A DNA stretch of 64,000 nt from the human T2T-CHM13v2.0 reference genome, Homo sapiens: the NCBI RefSeq assembly GCF_009914755.1, contig NC_060947.1; one strand, given 5' to 3'. Within the stretch, counting starts at the first letter, position 1; each line of letters starts with the position of its first letter. Below the pieces are notes generated by a model that was not told where the DNA came from, did not search any database, and saw only the letters and a list, made by a program, of their open reading frames with translations. Of this stretch, positions 39,116 through 52,048 are shown piece after piece. The position numbers were made by a program, and so were the translations under genes.

Positions 39116-40713
39116 GTATGAGTGATATAAATTATCATTTCTTATGATAAGATAAATGCTTGGCCTGTTATATCGTGCTGCCATTCTCCTGGGCTACACT
39201 GGACAACCCCCAGCTTAATTTACTTCTAGTTGGTATCCTATACACAGTCAGACATTGATATGTGCTCCTGCTTCTGATGCTCAAACTCCTAGGTCTTCAT
39301 TAGCTGTCTAACTTTTGGGATTAGTTCCTCAACGTGGCATAATGAGATGGCTTTATGACTATGTGCCTTTGTGGCATACATTCAAATTTGAATGTCGGGT
39401 TTTAGTGATAATTGGATTTGTCTCAACTTAGAAAAAAGAAATGTCAGCAGTGTAGTCAAAATTATGTCAGCAGTGTAGTCATGTGGTAAGTATAGTTGTC
39501 TGGAGGATTTTCTGCTATTGGCAGCATTTTTTCCTGCTGTCTAGTGATCATAAAACTATTTATCACAAAAGTTTAGAAGTGCCATGGGAATGTATAATAA
39601 CTGCCAATATTCTAATGATTATGGTAATGATTATGCCAGTAATGTCTGCTCTAGTGGTTATGTGCAATGCATACCTCAATTTGTAACACTTAATAACTCC
39701 TTTGGCCATTACGGTATTAACAAATGCTATTAATTGCACTTAGAATCATAACTGGGATCATGCATGGGCTCCTGAGTTCAAATTTTTGGCTTAAGGCTTT
39801 AGCATCTAGCTGCGTGAAAAATGCATGTAAAAGTGTCGTTTCACTGTGCTTGGAGTAACCCTAAATACCAGGAATCAAGGACATATATACAAAATCAAGC
39901 CAGTTGGGTCAAGCATGTTTCTGTAGCATTTGAGATATCTTTATTTAGGCAAAGCTGTTACCTTATATCTTGTCTTATTTTGTGGGAAGTGGGATTTTAG
40001 AACTGCAGCACTAAAATGGAAATTATATATATATGGTTTGAAATGGAATTGTTCCCCTTTCCCTGGTCTAAATATCTAAGAAACTTAACATATAGAGTCT
40101 GGCTATGTGGGAATGTTCTTTATCTAGTTTTCTCTAAGCCAGCCATGACTTTAGCTACAAAGTGCAAAAGAATCACATCAATGAGAATAAAATTCAATGT
40201 TTCCATACAGCCATCCTTTGAATTTTAGCCACATACACACTTTTGAAACTAAAATTGGTTAACCAGAATTGGGAACTGAAATTTGTAAGTTTATCACATG
40301 GCCATTGGCTACCTGTGATCACCCAGTTATAAAAACAACTTACAAATTATTGTCAAAGCTTTTCATGATGCCATCCTTCTTGCCTCCAAATTCATGTTTC
40401 TGCCTTTTAATAATTTCTCCAATCATTTAATGGTAATTCTTATTAATACATATTTATGGAGGAAGCATCTTGCCAAAAGTGGAATTATACATCCAAACTT
40501 TGAAGCATCGTCGTTCTCTCTGTTCTCTTAAATCTGTTGTCCTGTAGCCTGTCCTGTCCCTGATTTAGTTAAAACCTCCCTATTTTCATAACTGCCCCAC
40601 TTTAGAAGGGACTCCCCCCATTCAGACCCATTGGTTTCATCTCCTCCCACCTTCTAAGTTGTCCCACATTCTGTTTTAACTTTCTTTTCTTTCTTTATTT
40701 ACGTCCATTACAG

Positions 40714-40758
40714 CCAGATCTCTATGGCTCACAGATGTGCCCAGGGAAGCTCCCAGAG
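40714..40758 (+). CDS. PAK3: PAK3 alternative cassette exon b (45 nt, 15 aa)
   Basis: Long pyrimidine tract, ttacag|CCA...GAG|gtgcgt; PDLYGSQMCPGKLPE, phase 0-0; matches the known PAK3b insert. Confidence 0.94.
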
Positions 40759-41854
40759 GTGCGTCACAGGCCCAAAAGAAGCTTGCATCAAAGTGCTTCT
40801 TTGAGATGTCATAGCACTGCAGCAGCAGGTTCATGTGTGTGCAGTAGAGTTGTTGCTTGGCTTATCTCACTTTTTTTGTTGTCATTCCCAAACTCTGGAG
40901 GCCCACGTCACACATTGTTTTGCCGAGACTTCATAGGATAAAGCCACATAAATTGTGTCTGGATGCACTTCAGGAATAGTGTGTCTGTTTCTCTCTCCAA
41001 GTTGCTCTTGGAGGTTGGATAATTATGAAATTGGGACTTCTGTAGGCTGGACATGTAGGAAAGAATGTTGAATGCTCAATGCAAAGCTAACCTCTAATTT
41101 TTGCAATTCTCCTTGGTTAGATTTCCAAATATTCCCTCCTCTCTGCTCTAAATGCTTCAGATTATTATAAATTATCACAAGGCTTTGTCGTGGTTTTCAT
41201 AGTCCCCAGGTTCTATGTGGCCTATAAATGAAGTAAGGAGGAAGGGAGAGAGAGAGGAGAGGAGAAGGAGGGCATGCCCTGGAGAAAGCTGCAGGGGAAA
41301 TGCCCAAAGCAGCATTAATGTTACTGTTTAGCATCTCAGTGGTTCTTGCCCCTCCACAATTCTATTTTTGTCTCCTACCAACCTGCCTTTATAGTAAAGC
41401 GCTAGACCCAAAAAATTACATTTTGTAATCACAAAGTATAACCTGACCAAGGGTGATCCTTTCCTTTTATTCTAAAATATATTCTGATTACAACATGACC
41501 AGAAACAGCTTGTTATTCCAGTCATAAAATCCATTGATCTGCACTTTACTATGCTGTGCACAAATTTAGAGAAGTCTTGCTATGTCTGCCCTGAGTCGCC
41601 AGAAAAAAAATAAGCTAAGCCGTAAACATCATTTCATGGATGAGCAGAGTCAATATGGAGGTGATTTTCATGCGCTTTTTTTTTTCTATCACAGTCATAC
41701 TCCCACCCACCCTTTTTAAGTTGGATCCTAGTTTTACCTATGTGTTTTAATTAGAGAAGAGAATGATTGCATTATTAAGTTACTAACTTTAAATCTAGAA
41801 TGTAACTTCAGTTTCCCAAGTGTAATCCTACAGGTAGCATGGGCTTCTTGGTGA

Positions 41855-42118
<264 letters not shown>

Positions 42119-42672
42119 TAATTTCAATTTCAGAGTGTCATGTTGAGAACAAAATGTCTGTGGGACATTTGAAATCGATTCTAGTACCTTCTTCAAATGA
42201 CATCAACATAAGGAAACCAAAAAATGAGTTGGAATTTGAGGTTGATGTTAAGTTATATAACTCAAGTATGTTTAGAATCAAAATAAGGTAATTATTTAGT
42301 GAAGGAGTAGTTGTGAGCTTGAACTGGTAGTCACAATTGTTGTCTCTTTACTGTCATAAAGACACTCAGTCACTTACTGGGCTTTGTTATATGTTCATGA
42401 AGTAAGAGTTGTATGTATGAAACCATGCTCTCTGGAAATTTACTTTGTCCCTTAGATTCATTGATTTACACCATGATGACACAGCACACTGTTTTTTTGG
42501 TGTCAGGTTATTTTGCTAAGACCCCCAAATCAGACTGAAAAGAGAAAACTATGTGTGACTATTTTTAGAAACTGAAATATCCATGTTACTGCCAAATCTT
42601 GACCTTATTTGCTAGTGTGTAGATTTAGTCTTTTCTTGGAGCTTTGATGTTCAAATTTGCACTATAAGCAAC

Positions 42673-44953
42673 TGTATTAGTCCATTTTCATGCTGCTGGT
42701 AAAGACATGTCCAAGACTGGGAAGAAAAAGAGGTTTAATTGGACTTACGGTTCCACATGGCTGGTGAGACCTCAGAATCATGGTGGGAAGTGAAAAGCAC
42801 TTCTTACATGACAGCAGCAAGATAATATGTGAAGGAAAAAAGTGGAGAACCCCGATAAAACCATCAGATCTCATGAGACTTGTTCATTATCATGAGAATA
42901 GCATGGGAAAGACCAGCCCCCATGATTCAATTACCCACCCCCGGGTCCCTCCCACAACATGTTGGAATTATGGGATATACAATTCAAGTTGATATTTGGG
43001 TGGGGACACAGCCAAACCATGTCATTCTGCCCCGGCCCCTCCAAATCTCATGCCCTCACATTTCAGAACCAATCATGCCTTCCCAACAGTCCCCCAAAGT
43101 CTTAACTCATTTCAGCAGTAACTCAAAAGTCCACAGTCCAAAGTCTCATCTTAGACAAAGCAAGTCCCTTTTGCCTACGAGCCTGTAAAATCAAAAGTAA
43201 GCTAGTTACTTCCTAGATACAATAGAGGTACAGGCATTTGTTGAATACAGCCATTCCAAATGGGAGAAATTGGCCAAAACAAAGGGATTACAGGGCCCAT
43301 GCAAGTCCAAAATCCAGCAGGGCAGTCAAATCTTAAAGCTCCAAAATGATCTCCTTTGACTCCAGGTCTCACATCTAGGTCACGCTGATGTAAGAGGTGG
43401 GTTCCCATGGTCTTGGGCAGCTCTACCCTGTGACTTTGCAGGGTCCAGCCTCCCTCCCGGCTGCTTTCACAGGCTGCTGTTGAGTGTCTGCGGCTTTTCC
43501 ATGTGCAAAGTGCAAGCTGTAAGTGGATCTACCATTCTGGGATCTGGAGGACGGTGGCCCTCTTCTCACAGCTCCACTAGGCAGTGCCCTAGTAGGGACT
43601 CTGTGTGTGGGCTCTGAGCCCACATTTCCCTTCTGCACTGCCCTAGCAGAGGTTCTCCATGAGGGCCCCACCCCTGCAGCAAGCTTTTGCCTGAGCATCC
43701 AGGCATTTCCATACATCTTCTGAAATCTAGGTGTATGTTCCCAAACCTCAATTCTTGACTTCCGTGCACATGCAGGCTCAACACCACGTGGAAGCTGCCA
43801 AGGCTTGGGGATTCCACCCTCTGAAGTCACAGCCCAAGCTGTATGTTGGCCCCTTTCAGATAAAGCTGGATTAGCTGGGACACAGGGCACCAAGCCCCTA
43901 AGCTGCACACAGCACGGGGACCCTGGAGCTGGCCCAAAAAACCAGTTTTTCCTCCTGGGCCTATGGGCCTGTGATGGGAGGGGCTGCTGTGAAGTTCTCT
44001 GACATGGCCTGGAGACATTTCCCCCATGGTCTTGGGGATTAATATTAGGCTCCTTGCCACTTATGCAAATTTCTGCAGCCAGCTTGAATTTCTCCCAAGA
44101 AAATGAGTTTTTATTTTCTATCGCATAGTCAGGCTGCACATTTTCCAAACTTTTATGCTCTGTTTCCCTTATAAAACTGAATGCCTTTAACAGCACTCAA
44201 GTTACTTCTTGAATGCTTTGCTGCATAGAAATTTCTTCTACCAGATACCCTAAAACATCTCTCTCAAGTTCAAAGTTCTACACATCTTTAGGGCAGGGGC
44301 AAAATGCTGCTAGTGTCTTTGCTAAAACATAACAAGAGTCACCTTTGCTCCAGTTCCCAAAAGTTCCTCATCCTCCATCTGAGACTACCTCAGCCTGAAT
44401 TTTATTGTCCATATTGCTATCAGCATTTTGGACAAAGTCATTCAACAAGCCTCTATGAAGTTCCAAACTTCCCCACATTTTTCTATCTTCTTCTGTGTCC
44501 TTTCAAACTGTTCCAATTGCCTGTTGCCCAGTTACAAAGTCTCTTCCACATTATTGGGTATCTTTTTAGCAACACCCCACTCTACTGGTACCAATTTACT
44601 GTATTAGTCCGTTTTCATGCTACTGATAATGACATACCTAAGACTGGGAATAAAAAGAGGTTTAATTGGACTTATAGTTCCACATGGCTGGGGAGGCCTC
44701 AGAATCATGGTGGGAGGCAAAAGGCATTTCTTACATCGCAGCAGCAACAGAAAATGAGAAAGAATCAAAAGCAAAAACCCATGATAAACCCATCAGATCT
44801 TGTGAGACTTATCCACTATCACGAGAATAGCATGGGAAAGACCGGCCACTATAATTCAATTACCTCCCACTGGGTCCCTCCCACAGCACGTGGGAATTCT
44901 GGGAGATATAATTCAAGTTGAGATTTGGGTGGGGACACAGGCAAACCATATCT
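42673..44953 (-). mobile_element. Full-length THE1-type (THE1C-like) ERVL-MaLR element: LTR 42673-43024, internal 43025-44599, LTR 44600-44953
   Basis: Two ~350-bp direct repeats TGTATTAGTCC...AAACCAT(G/A)TC(A/T), MaLR internal sequence, 5-bp TSD GCAAC (42668-42672 and 44954-44958). Confidence 0.93.
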
Positions 44954-45755
44954 GCAACTGAAATATATATACCAAATAATACTTTCACATTTTGAGATAG
45001 ATGATTTGAGTTCTCTCTCTACAATAATTTATTAACTTATTAACATCTAAAGAATGAAGGGAGTATTATCATTAGTACTACAGCTATAAAGAGCCCTTAC
45101 CTCTTCGCACTGGATTTAGTATAAGCAGGCTTTAAGTTTCTTTGAGAATGATCCAAGGATACCCTTGGAAAGGGAAGAGTGTCTGATTTGGCCATATCAA
45201 ATATCAAAGCCCAAACTGCTAAATTGGACTATTGCTTAACTGCTGTTATCCAATGTTGAAAACCTAAAAAGAAAGCCATCAAGGGAAACTTTTTACTATA
45301 TTTAAGCTTCCACATAGAATAAAATATCTAAGAGATCCTGGTGATATATCAAAAAATGTTTCATGTGAGAAAATCAAGAGCTGTGCTCCAAGTTAGAACC
45401 ATAGGCAACCAGAACTGAAAATGTATTCAAGAAATCATTTCACTGTAACCAAGAATACACTTTAGAGTATCAGAGTTTGTTCTTTACTCCAAATAGCCAT
45501 TGCTGTTTAACACTTAGTTTTATATGCCAAATTTCTCTCAACTTACAAAGATGAAATCCTGACAACTATATTAAAACTCAACTGTACAGTTGTACTGTAC
45601 TGAGCTGAGTGTACCTCATCATAGGTTTTCTGAATGCTCTGGTATTGGGACTGACTAACTGAATAGGAAGAGAAGATGAAGATAGCACAGGAAGGTGGAA
45701 AGAAGGAATGGAAAGGAGGTAGGGAGAGAAGAAAGTGGGAAAAATCCTAGATTTA

Positions 45756-46298
45756 GAGTAGTTCTCCACTTATCCATGTGGAATATATTCTAAGATCTCC
45801 AATGGATGCCTGGAACCATGGATAGTACTGAACCTTATGTATATCATGTTTTTTTTCTATACCTACTTACCTGTGATAAAGTTATAAATTAGGCACAGTA
45901 AGAGATAAACAACAATAACCAATAATAAAGTAGAACAATTATAACAATATGCCAGCATCACTACTTTTGCTCTTTGGGGCCATTATGAAGTAAAATAAGG
46001 GGTACATGACTACAAGCACTGTGATAGCTCCGCAGTTGTTCTGATAACCAAACTGGCTATTAAGTGACTAATAGGCTGGTAGTGTAAACAGAGTAGGTAC
46101 ACTGGACAAAGGGATGATTCACATTTCAGGTGGAATGGAGCAGGACCGCGTGAGATTTTATCATACTCAGAATGGCATGCAGTTTGAAACTCATGAATTG
46201 GTTATTTCTGCAATTTTTGATGTAATATTTTTGAACCACAGTTGACCACAGGTAGCTGAAACCACAAAAAGTGAAACTTCAGATAGGGGGGACTACTA
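45756..46298. mobile_element. MER44B-like TcMar-Tigger non-autonomous DNA transposon
   Basis: Inverted ends (G)AGTAGTTCTCCACTTATCC...GATAGGGGGGACTACT, flanking TA, MER44-type interior. Confidence 0.85.
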
Positions 46299-46602
46299 TA
46301 GATGTACAGAATCATACCTGTTAAGAGTAGGTAATCTTGTCATTCTTCCATATAAATGAGATTCACTGGAGGCCTTCATTAATATCTGCAAAATGACCTG
46401 GTGAGAATATGGTGAGGATGTAATGGTGTGAGCTATTTTAAGAAAAGCTATGTCATTAGTCATAATATCTAGTTAATACTAAATTGGAGCATTTCCTTCT
46501 AGTTGAAATCATGCAGTTTTTTAATTTTTATTTTTCTGGTGTGGTCTCTGAATGAAACATTCTTTATGAAACAAAAATGACCTCTCTATTCTCACTTTGC
46601 AG

Positions 46603-46640
46603 ATAAAAGTGCACATGGATACATAGCAGCCCATCCTTCG
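46603..46640 (+). CDS. PAK3: PAK3 38-nt exon
   Basis: ttgcag|AT AAA AGT...TCG|gtaagt; (D)KSAHGYIAAHPS; phase 1 in, phase 0 out, consistent with both neighbours. Confidence 0.96.
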
Positions 46641-46734
46641 GTAAGTGAAAAATTGAAAACTGTTTCACATGATTGGTGTTTCCAAAGATTTAAGAGAATA
46701 TAACTGCACAGATCCAGTTTTTAGATATAAAGTC

Positions 46735-47260
46735 TTTTAAAAACAATTTTAAGGTATAATTCAGTTTATATAAAATTCACCTATTTTCAGGTAAACAGTT
46801 CAATGAGTTTTGGTAAATGTATATACCTATGCTACCATCACCACAATTGAGTTTTAGAACAAGTCCATCACCCCAGTAAAATCCTTCATACCTACTTACA
46901 GTTAACTCCACCCACCCCACCCTAGTCACAGGCAAGAACTAATATGGAATCTGCCTTTATGGATTTGGCTTTCTGGACATTTCATGTAAATGAAATAATA
47001 CAGCGTGTGACTTTTGAGGATTGGCTTTTTTAACTCAGTTTATTTATTTTAAGATTAATCCAAGTTGTTGTGTATATCAATAATTTGTGTTCCTTTTTAT
47101 CTCTGAGTATTCCATGGTATGATTGTACCACTGTTTGTTTAACCATTCAAACATTGAAGGCTCTCTAGAAAATTTTCAGTTGCTAGCTATTACAAATTAA
47201 GCTACTAGGAACATTCTTGTACAGGGTTTTTATGTGGACAATGTTTCTGTTTCTCTTACA
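46735..47260 (-). mobile_element. Old L1M 3' fragment
   Basis: TAAAATTCACCTATTTT..TCAATGAGTTTTGGTAAATGTATA..CATCACCACAAT L1M 3'UTR-like (reverse). Confidence 0.75.
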
Positions 47261-47924
47261 TGTAGAACTTTGAGAATAATAATCATGTTAATAGAAATTT
47301 CTCTGAACACCTACAGTGTACACTTATAATATAAACTGTAAGATAATTTTATTTTTATAGGTACTTAATCTTTCCTACAGCCCAGTTAAGTAAGTCTTAC
47401 CATTGTCCCCATTTTACAGGTGAGAAAACTGAGGTTTGGAGAAATTAAATAACTTCTCTAAGGTTATAACAGTATACGTTTTGTATGTCACTTGTTCCAA
47501 CAAACTGAGATACAGGGAGGGAAGTGCCTTTGTCCAAAGTCACATAGATAATTTTTATCAGAGAAGTGACTAGAAAATAAGTAACCTAGTTGTTGAAAGT
47601 GCTATAGTATCTGAAAGAATATTTGTACACATTAGACAGAAAATGATCTCAGATAAGGCTTCCCTTTCTGTGATTTTCATTTTGATATTCTGATAGAAAT
47701 TACTTCCTGCCTCATTTGTTTTTTTAGGGGTGAAATAATTTGCATTACTGAAAGTCTCCTAACCATTTATTCAAACAGTCATGGATGGCCAACCTGATTC
47801 TTCTTCCTTTTATAGCAGACCAATGCCTTTTATAGTGGACAGATGTCTGCTTGACATCACCCTGGGTAGCCAGTATGACACCAGTAGATCTTCTTTAGTT
47901 GTAAAGAGTAAAGGTTCTGAAATA

Positions 47925-48530
47925 TTATGTCAGTTTCTCAAAAATTAAAAATGGTATTAACCATATGATCTAGCTATTCCACTTCTGGGTATATACCCAT
48001 AATTGAATGCAGGGTCTCCAAGAGATATTTATACACCCACGTTCATTGCAGCAATATTCACAGTAGGCAAATGGTGGAAGCAACCCAAGTGTCCATCAAC
48101 AGATGAAGGGGTAAACAAAAGATGGTATGTATAAACAGTGGAATATTATTAAGCCTTAAAAAGAAGACAATTCTGACACGTTACAACATGGATGAACCAG
48201 GAGAACATTATGCTAAGTGAAATAAGCCAGTCTCAAAAGGGTATATACTGTATGATTCCACGTATGTGAGGTACCTAGAGGAGTCAAATTCATAGAGACA
48301 GAAAGTAGAATACTAGTTGCCAGGAGCTGGGAGCAGGGGGAGTGGGCAGTTGTTTAATGGGTACAGAGTTTCAGTTTTACAAGATGAAAAGAGTTATGGA
48401 GATGAATGGCTTTGATGATTATACAACAATATCCTCAACAGTACTGAAATACATACCTAAAAATGGTTAAGATGGTAAATTTTATGTTATATATATTTTG
48501 CTACAATTAAAAATAAAATGAAAAAAGAAA
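47925..48530 (+). mobile_element. L1MA/L1MB-type 3' fragment
   Basis: GGAAGCAACCCAAGTGTCCATCAACAGATGAA..ATGCTAAGTGAAATAAGCCAG..AAAATGGTTAAGATGGTAAATTTTATG plus A-rich tail. Confidence 0.88.
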
Positions 48531-49411
48531 GAATGAAGGCTCTGGATGTAGGTATTTAATCTGATTTCCCCATTTACTAAGTATGTGACATTGGGAAACT
48601 AGCTTAGCTTCTCTGAGCTTCTTTCCTCAGCTTTAAGAGGGAATAAAAATAGTACTTACCTCCTACGTCTTGTGTGAATATTAAATGTGATAATGTACAT
48701 AAAGTACTTAGTATAGTACTTAGCACATAATATATATTTATTAAATGTAAACTACTATTATTTTTACATGACAACAAGAGGAAAAACTCACTCTCTTCAC
48801 ACATGAAGCTTGTACTTGCGCTTTGCTCAGATTCCCCAAAACAGAACAGAATATGGCCCTCTCATCTGACTGGCCATTTCCTTTTCCTCCTTCTTTGCCA
48901 TGACAGCTTCCTGGGCCACACTGAAAACAACATGTGAAGGGAGGTAATAGGAAAATGGAAAGGACAAAAATGACAGCCTTCCATGATCAACACATACTTT
49001 ACCTCCTTTGACTTCATTAATATCATGCTTGTGCAATCTTGACTGGGTATTCTGGCAAAAAAAAAATAGTTATTATTTTTTTAGGTTGGTCAGTTATTTG
49101 AAACACCAACTTGCTAGGATAGCCTGTGTATTGGTTTTTGTTTTCTCCTAAGATATTAACTGTTTCTTTTGAGATTGGTTCTATTGGTTTTGCTTGTAGA
49201 ATTAAAATGAAGTCTATGTTATGGCTAAAATATTCCATTAAGTTAGAAAAAAAAATGATGATCTCACTGTCTGGAGATAAAACAAATAGATATTTACCTA
49301 TTTAACATATATTTACCAACTGCCTCCTTATAAGCTCTAGGAAGTTTGGATATCAGGCTGGTAGGGGAAGGTAAACATGGACATAAAGAAGTACAATACA
49401 GTATGGATAGT

Positions 49412-49708
49412 GGCTGAGTATAGTGGTTCATGCCTGTAATCCCAGCACTGTGGGAGGTCTAGGTGGGCAGATCGCTTGAGCCTAGGAGTTCAAGAGCAAA
49501 CTGGGTAACATGGTGAAACCCTGTCTCTACAAATAATGCAAAAACTAGCTGGGCATGGTGGTGCACACCTGCAGTCCCAACTACTTTGGAGGCTGAGGTG
49601 GGAGGATCACTTGAGCCCTGGAGGTGGAGGCTGCAGTGAGGCGTGATTGTGTCACTGGACTCCAGCCTGGGTGACAGAGCAAAACCCTGTCTCAAAAAAA
49701 AAAAAAAA
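49412..49708 (+). mobile_element. AluJ-like SINE
   Basis: GGAGGATCACTTGAGCCC J-type feature, poly-A, TSD (C)A(G/A)TATGGATAGT. Confidence 0.92.
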
Positions 49709-51682
49709 CCCAACAATATGGATAGTATTACATATCATAAAATATGTTGACATGCTATGAGATTTCAGAGAAAGTAGATTGCTTTTAGCTGGGGAGGGAA
49801 AGGGAAGCAGGCCCTTGTCTCCAAGGGCTGAAGCTCAGTGTCTGGTACCAAATAGATACTTGGTATGTATTTGTTGAATGTTAAGTTAGAAAATGCTTCA
49901 TATAAAAGTTGGCATTTGAGCTAGATCTTAAAGGTCAGATGAGATTTCGATCTGTGAAGATGGGAAGGGCATTTTAAGTAAAAAGAAAAGCATAAGAAAG
50001 GGTGTGTTGGTGAGTAGAGCAAGGAAACAAGGAATATGGGGTTGAATGAAAACTGAGATGCGAGAAAGGGAATCAGGAAATAAGTCTTGAAGGTTAAGGC
50101 GGAACCAAATCATACAGGCCCCTAAATGGTACTCCAAGGAATCTGGCTTTCCAGTATTCAGTGGGAAGCTTTTGAAGTGTTTTGGAGCAGGAGAGTTAAG
50201 TGATTAACACTTATACCTTGGGAAGAGTAATCTGACGGCAAATGTCCAGAATGAATTAAGTACAAATGGTGAGACTGGATGAAGGGAGACTAGTAGGGAG
50301 AATATTGCAAGCATCCAGGTAATCTGAGCCAGAAATGAGGTAGTAACAGTAGGAATGGGGAGATTACATTCAATTTCTAGAGGTATTTAGATTATTAATT
50401 GGATGTTGGAGGAAAGGGTGAGGTCAAAGATAAACGCAGGCTTAAACTGATAGGTCGTGGGTAAAAAGATAATGATGCTGTCTTTCAGGAGAAGCCAATT
50501 TCTGTGGGAAGATGCTGAGTTCCTTATTGGACAGTTTGAGTTTGAAGGGCTGGCAGGACTTTCAGGTGAAAATAATGGATTGACTGCTTGATGAAGGCTA
50601 GGTTTCTATTGATTGAATGAACTGAATTGGACCCCGACATTCTATTTGAATTACTTCAGTGGGACTCAGTTCCTTAGGAATGGATAACTGCACCTTGTGT
50701 TTTCCTTATAGTTCTAGAGGAGAGTATGCTTCGCAATGTGTATGTCTTTTTGCATCATAAAAACTCCCAGTAGATCTGGCTGTCTACAAAATCTGATTTA
50801 ATGGGTCTGACAACCCCTTGTAGACATAGCCTGAATTGATTACAAGTTTTGCATCCTTTAGTAGCCTGGGTGAGAATTAAAACAGAAGCAATGTTGCATT
50901 CTCTAAGTGTTTTAAACTCATGATTCTGTAATTAATATTGAACTCAGGGATAGATCTCATAGTCATATAACACCTGCTTTACTGCTTATTTGTGGTAGCT
51001 TCTTTGATATTAGTGTATTCAATTTCAAATACTGTTCAAGTCTCTACTCTTTAATTTGAGGCTAATTTTAAAATTTCATATTTTTATCGTACTGTTGAAA
51101 ATAAAATGACATATTTAGAATCCTAAGTTAGTATTCCAACTGGAAGGTAACAGCAATAATATGTCATTATTGTTTTGTCATATTGAACGTGCCATTATCT
51201 ATGCTTAGAGCAACTGGATGTGCAGTTGACAGATTGCTCTTTTGTGATTTGCAGTACTGGTTAATTTTTTTTAAACATAGTTTAAGTAATTCTTTTACTT
51301 CAGTGTGCATCAGAATTTCATGGGGATTCTGTTAAATTGCAGATTCCAGGGCTCCACTCCCAGAGTAGATCTGGAGTAGAAACCTAAAATCTACATTTTA
51401 AACAATCACCAAAAGTGGCCCCCAAACAGCATTTTATATTATCTAAAGCCTCTAAGTTCCTTACTTCTAAGTTCTTTGACCTTTAAAAATTAAGCTCAGA
51501 GAAAAGGAAATTTCCTAAGGTAGCTACTCTAGCTGGTGTATTCTCTAGAGCAACGTTCAGAACTTGGAGTTCATGGGTGGGCTTCAGATCTATGAACTGT
51601 TGAAGTTATACATAAGAGCATGTGTCTACCTGTACCTTTCCGGGGAGATAGACCAAACCCTAAGAGTCCGGGACCCAACTCA

Positions 51683-52048
<366 letters not shown>

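Noticed and set aside
44304-44921. 205-aa plus-strand ORF
   Set aside because: Antisense reading across THE1 internal and LTR sequence; no gene features.
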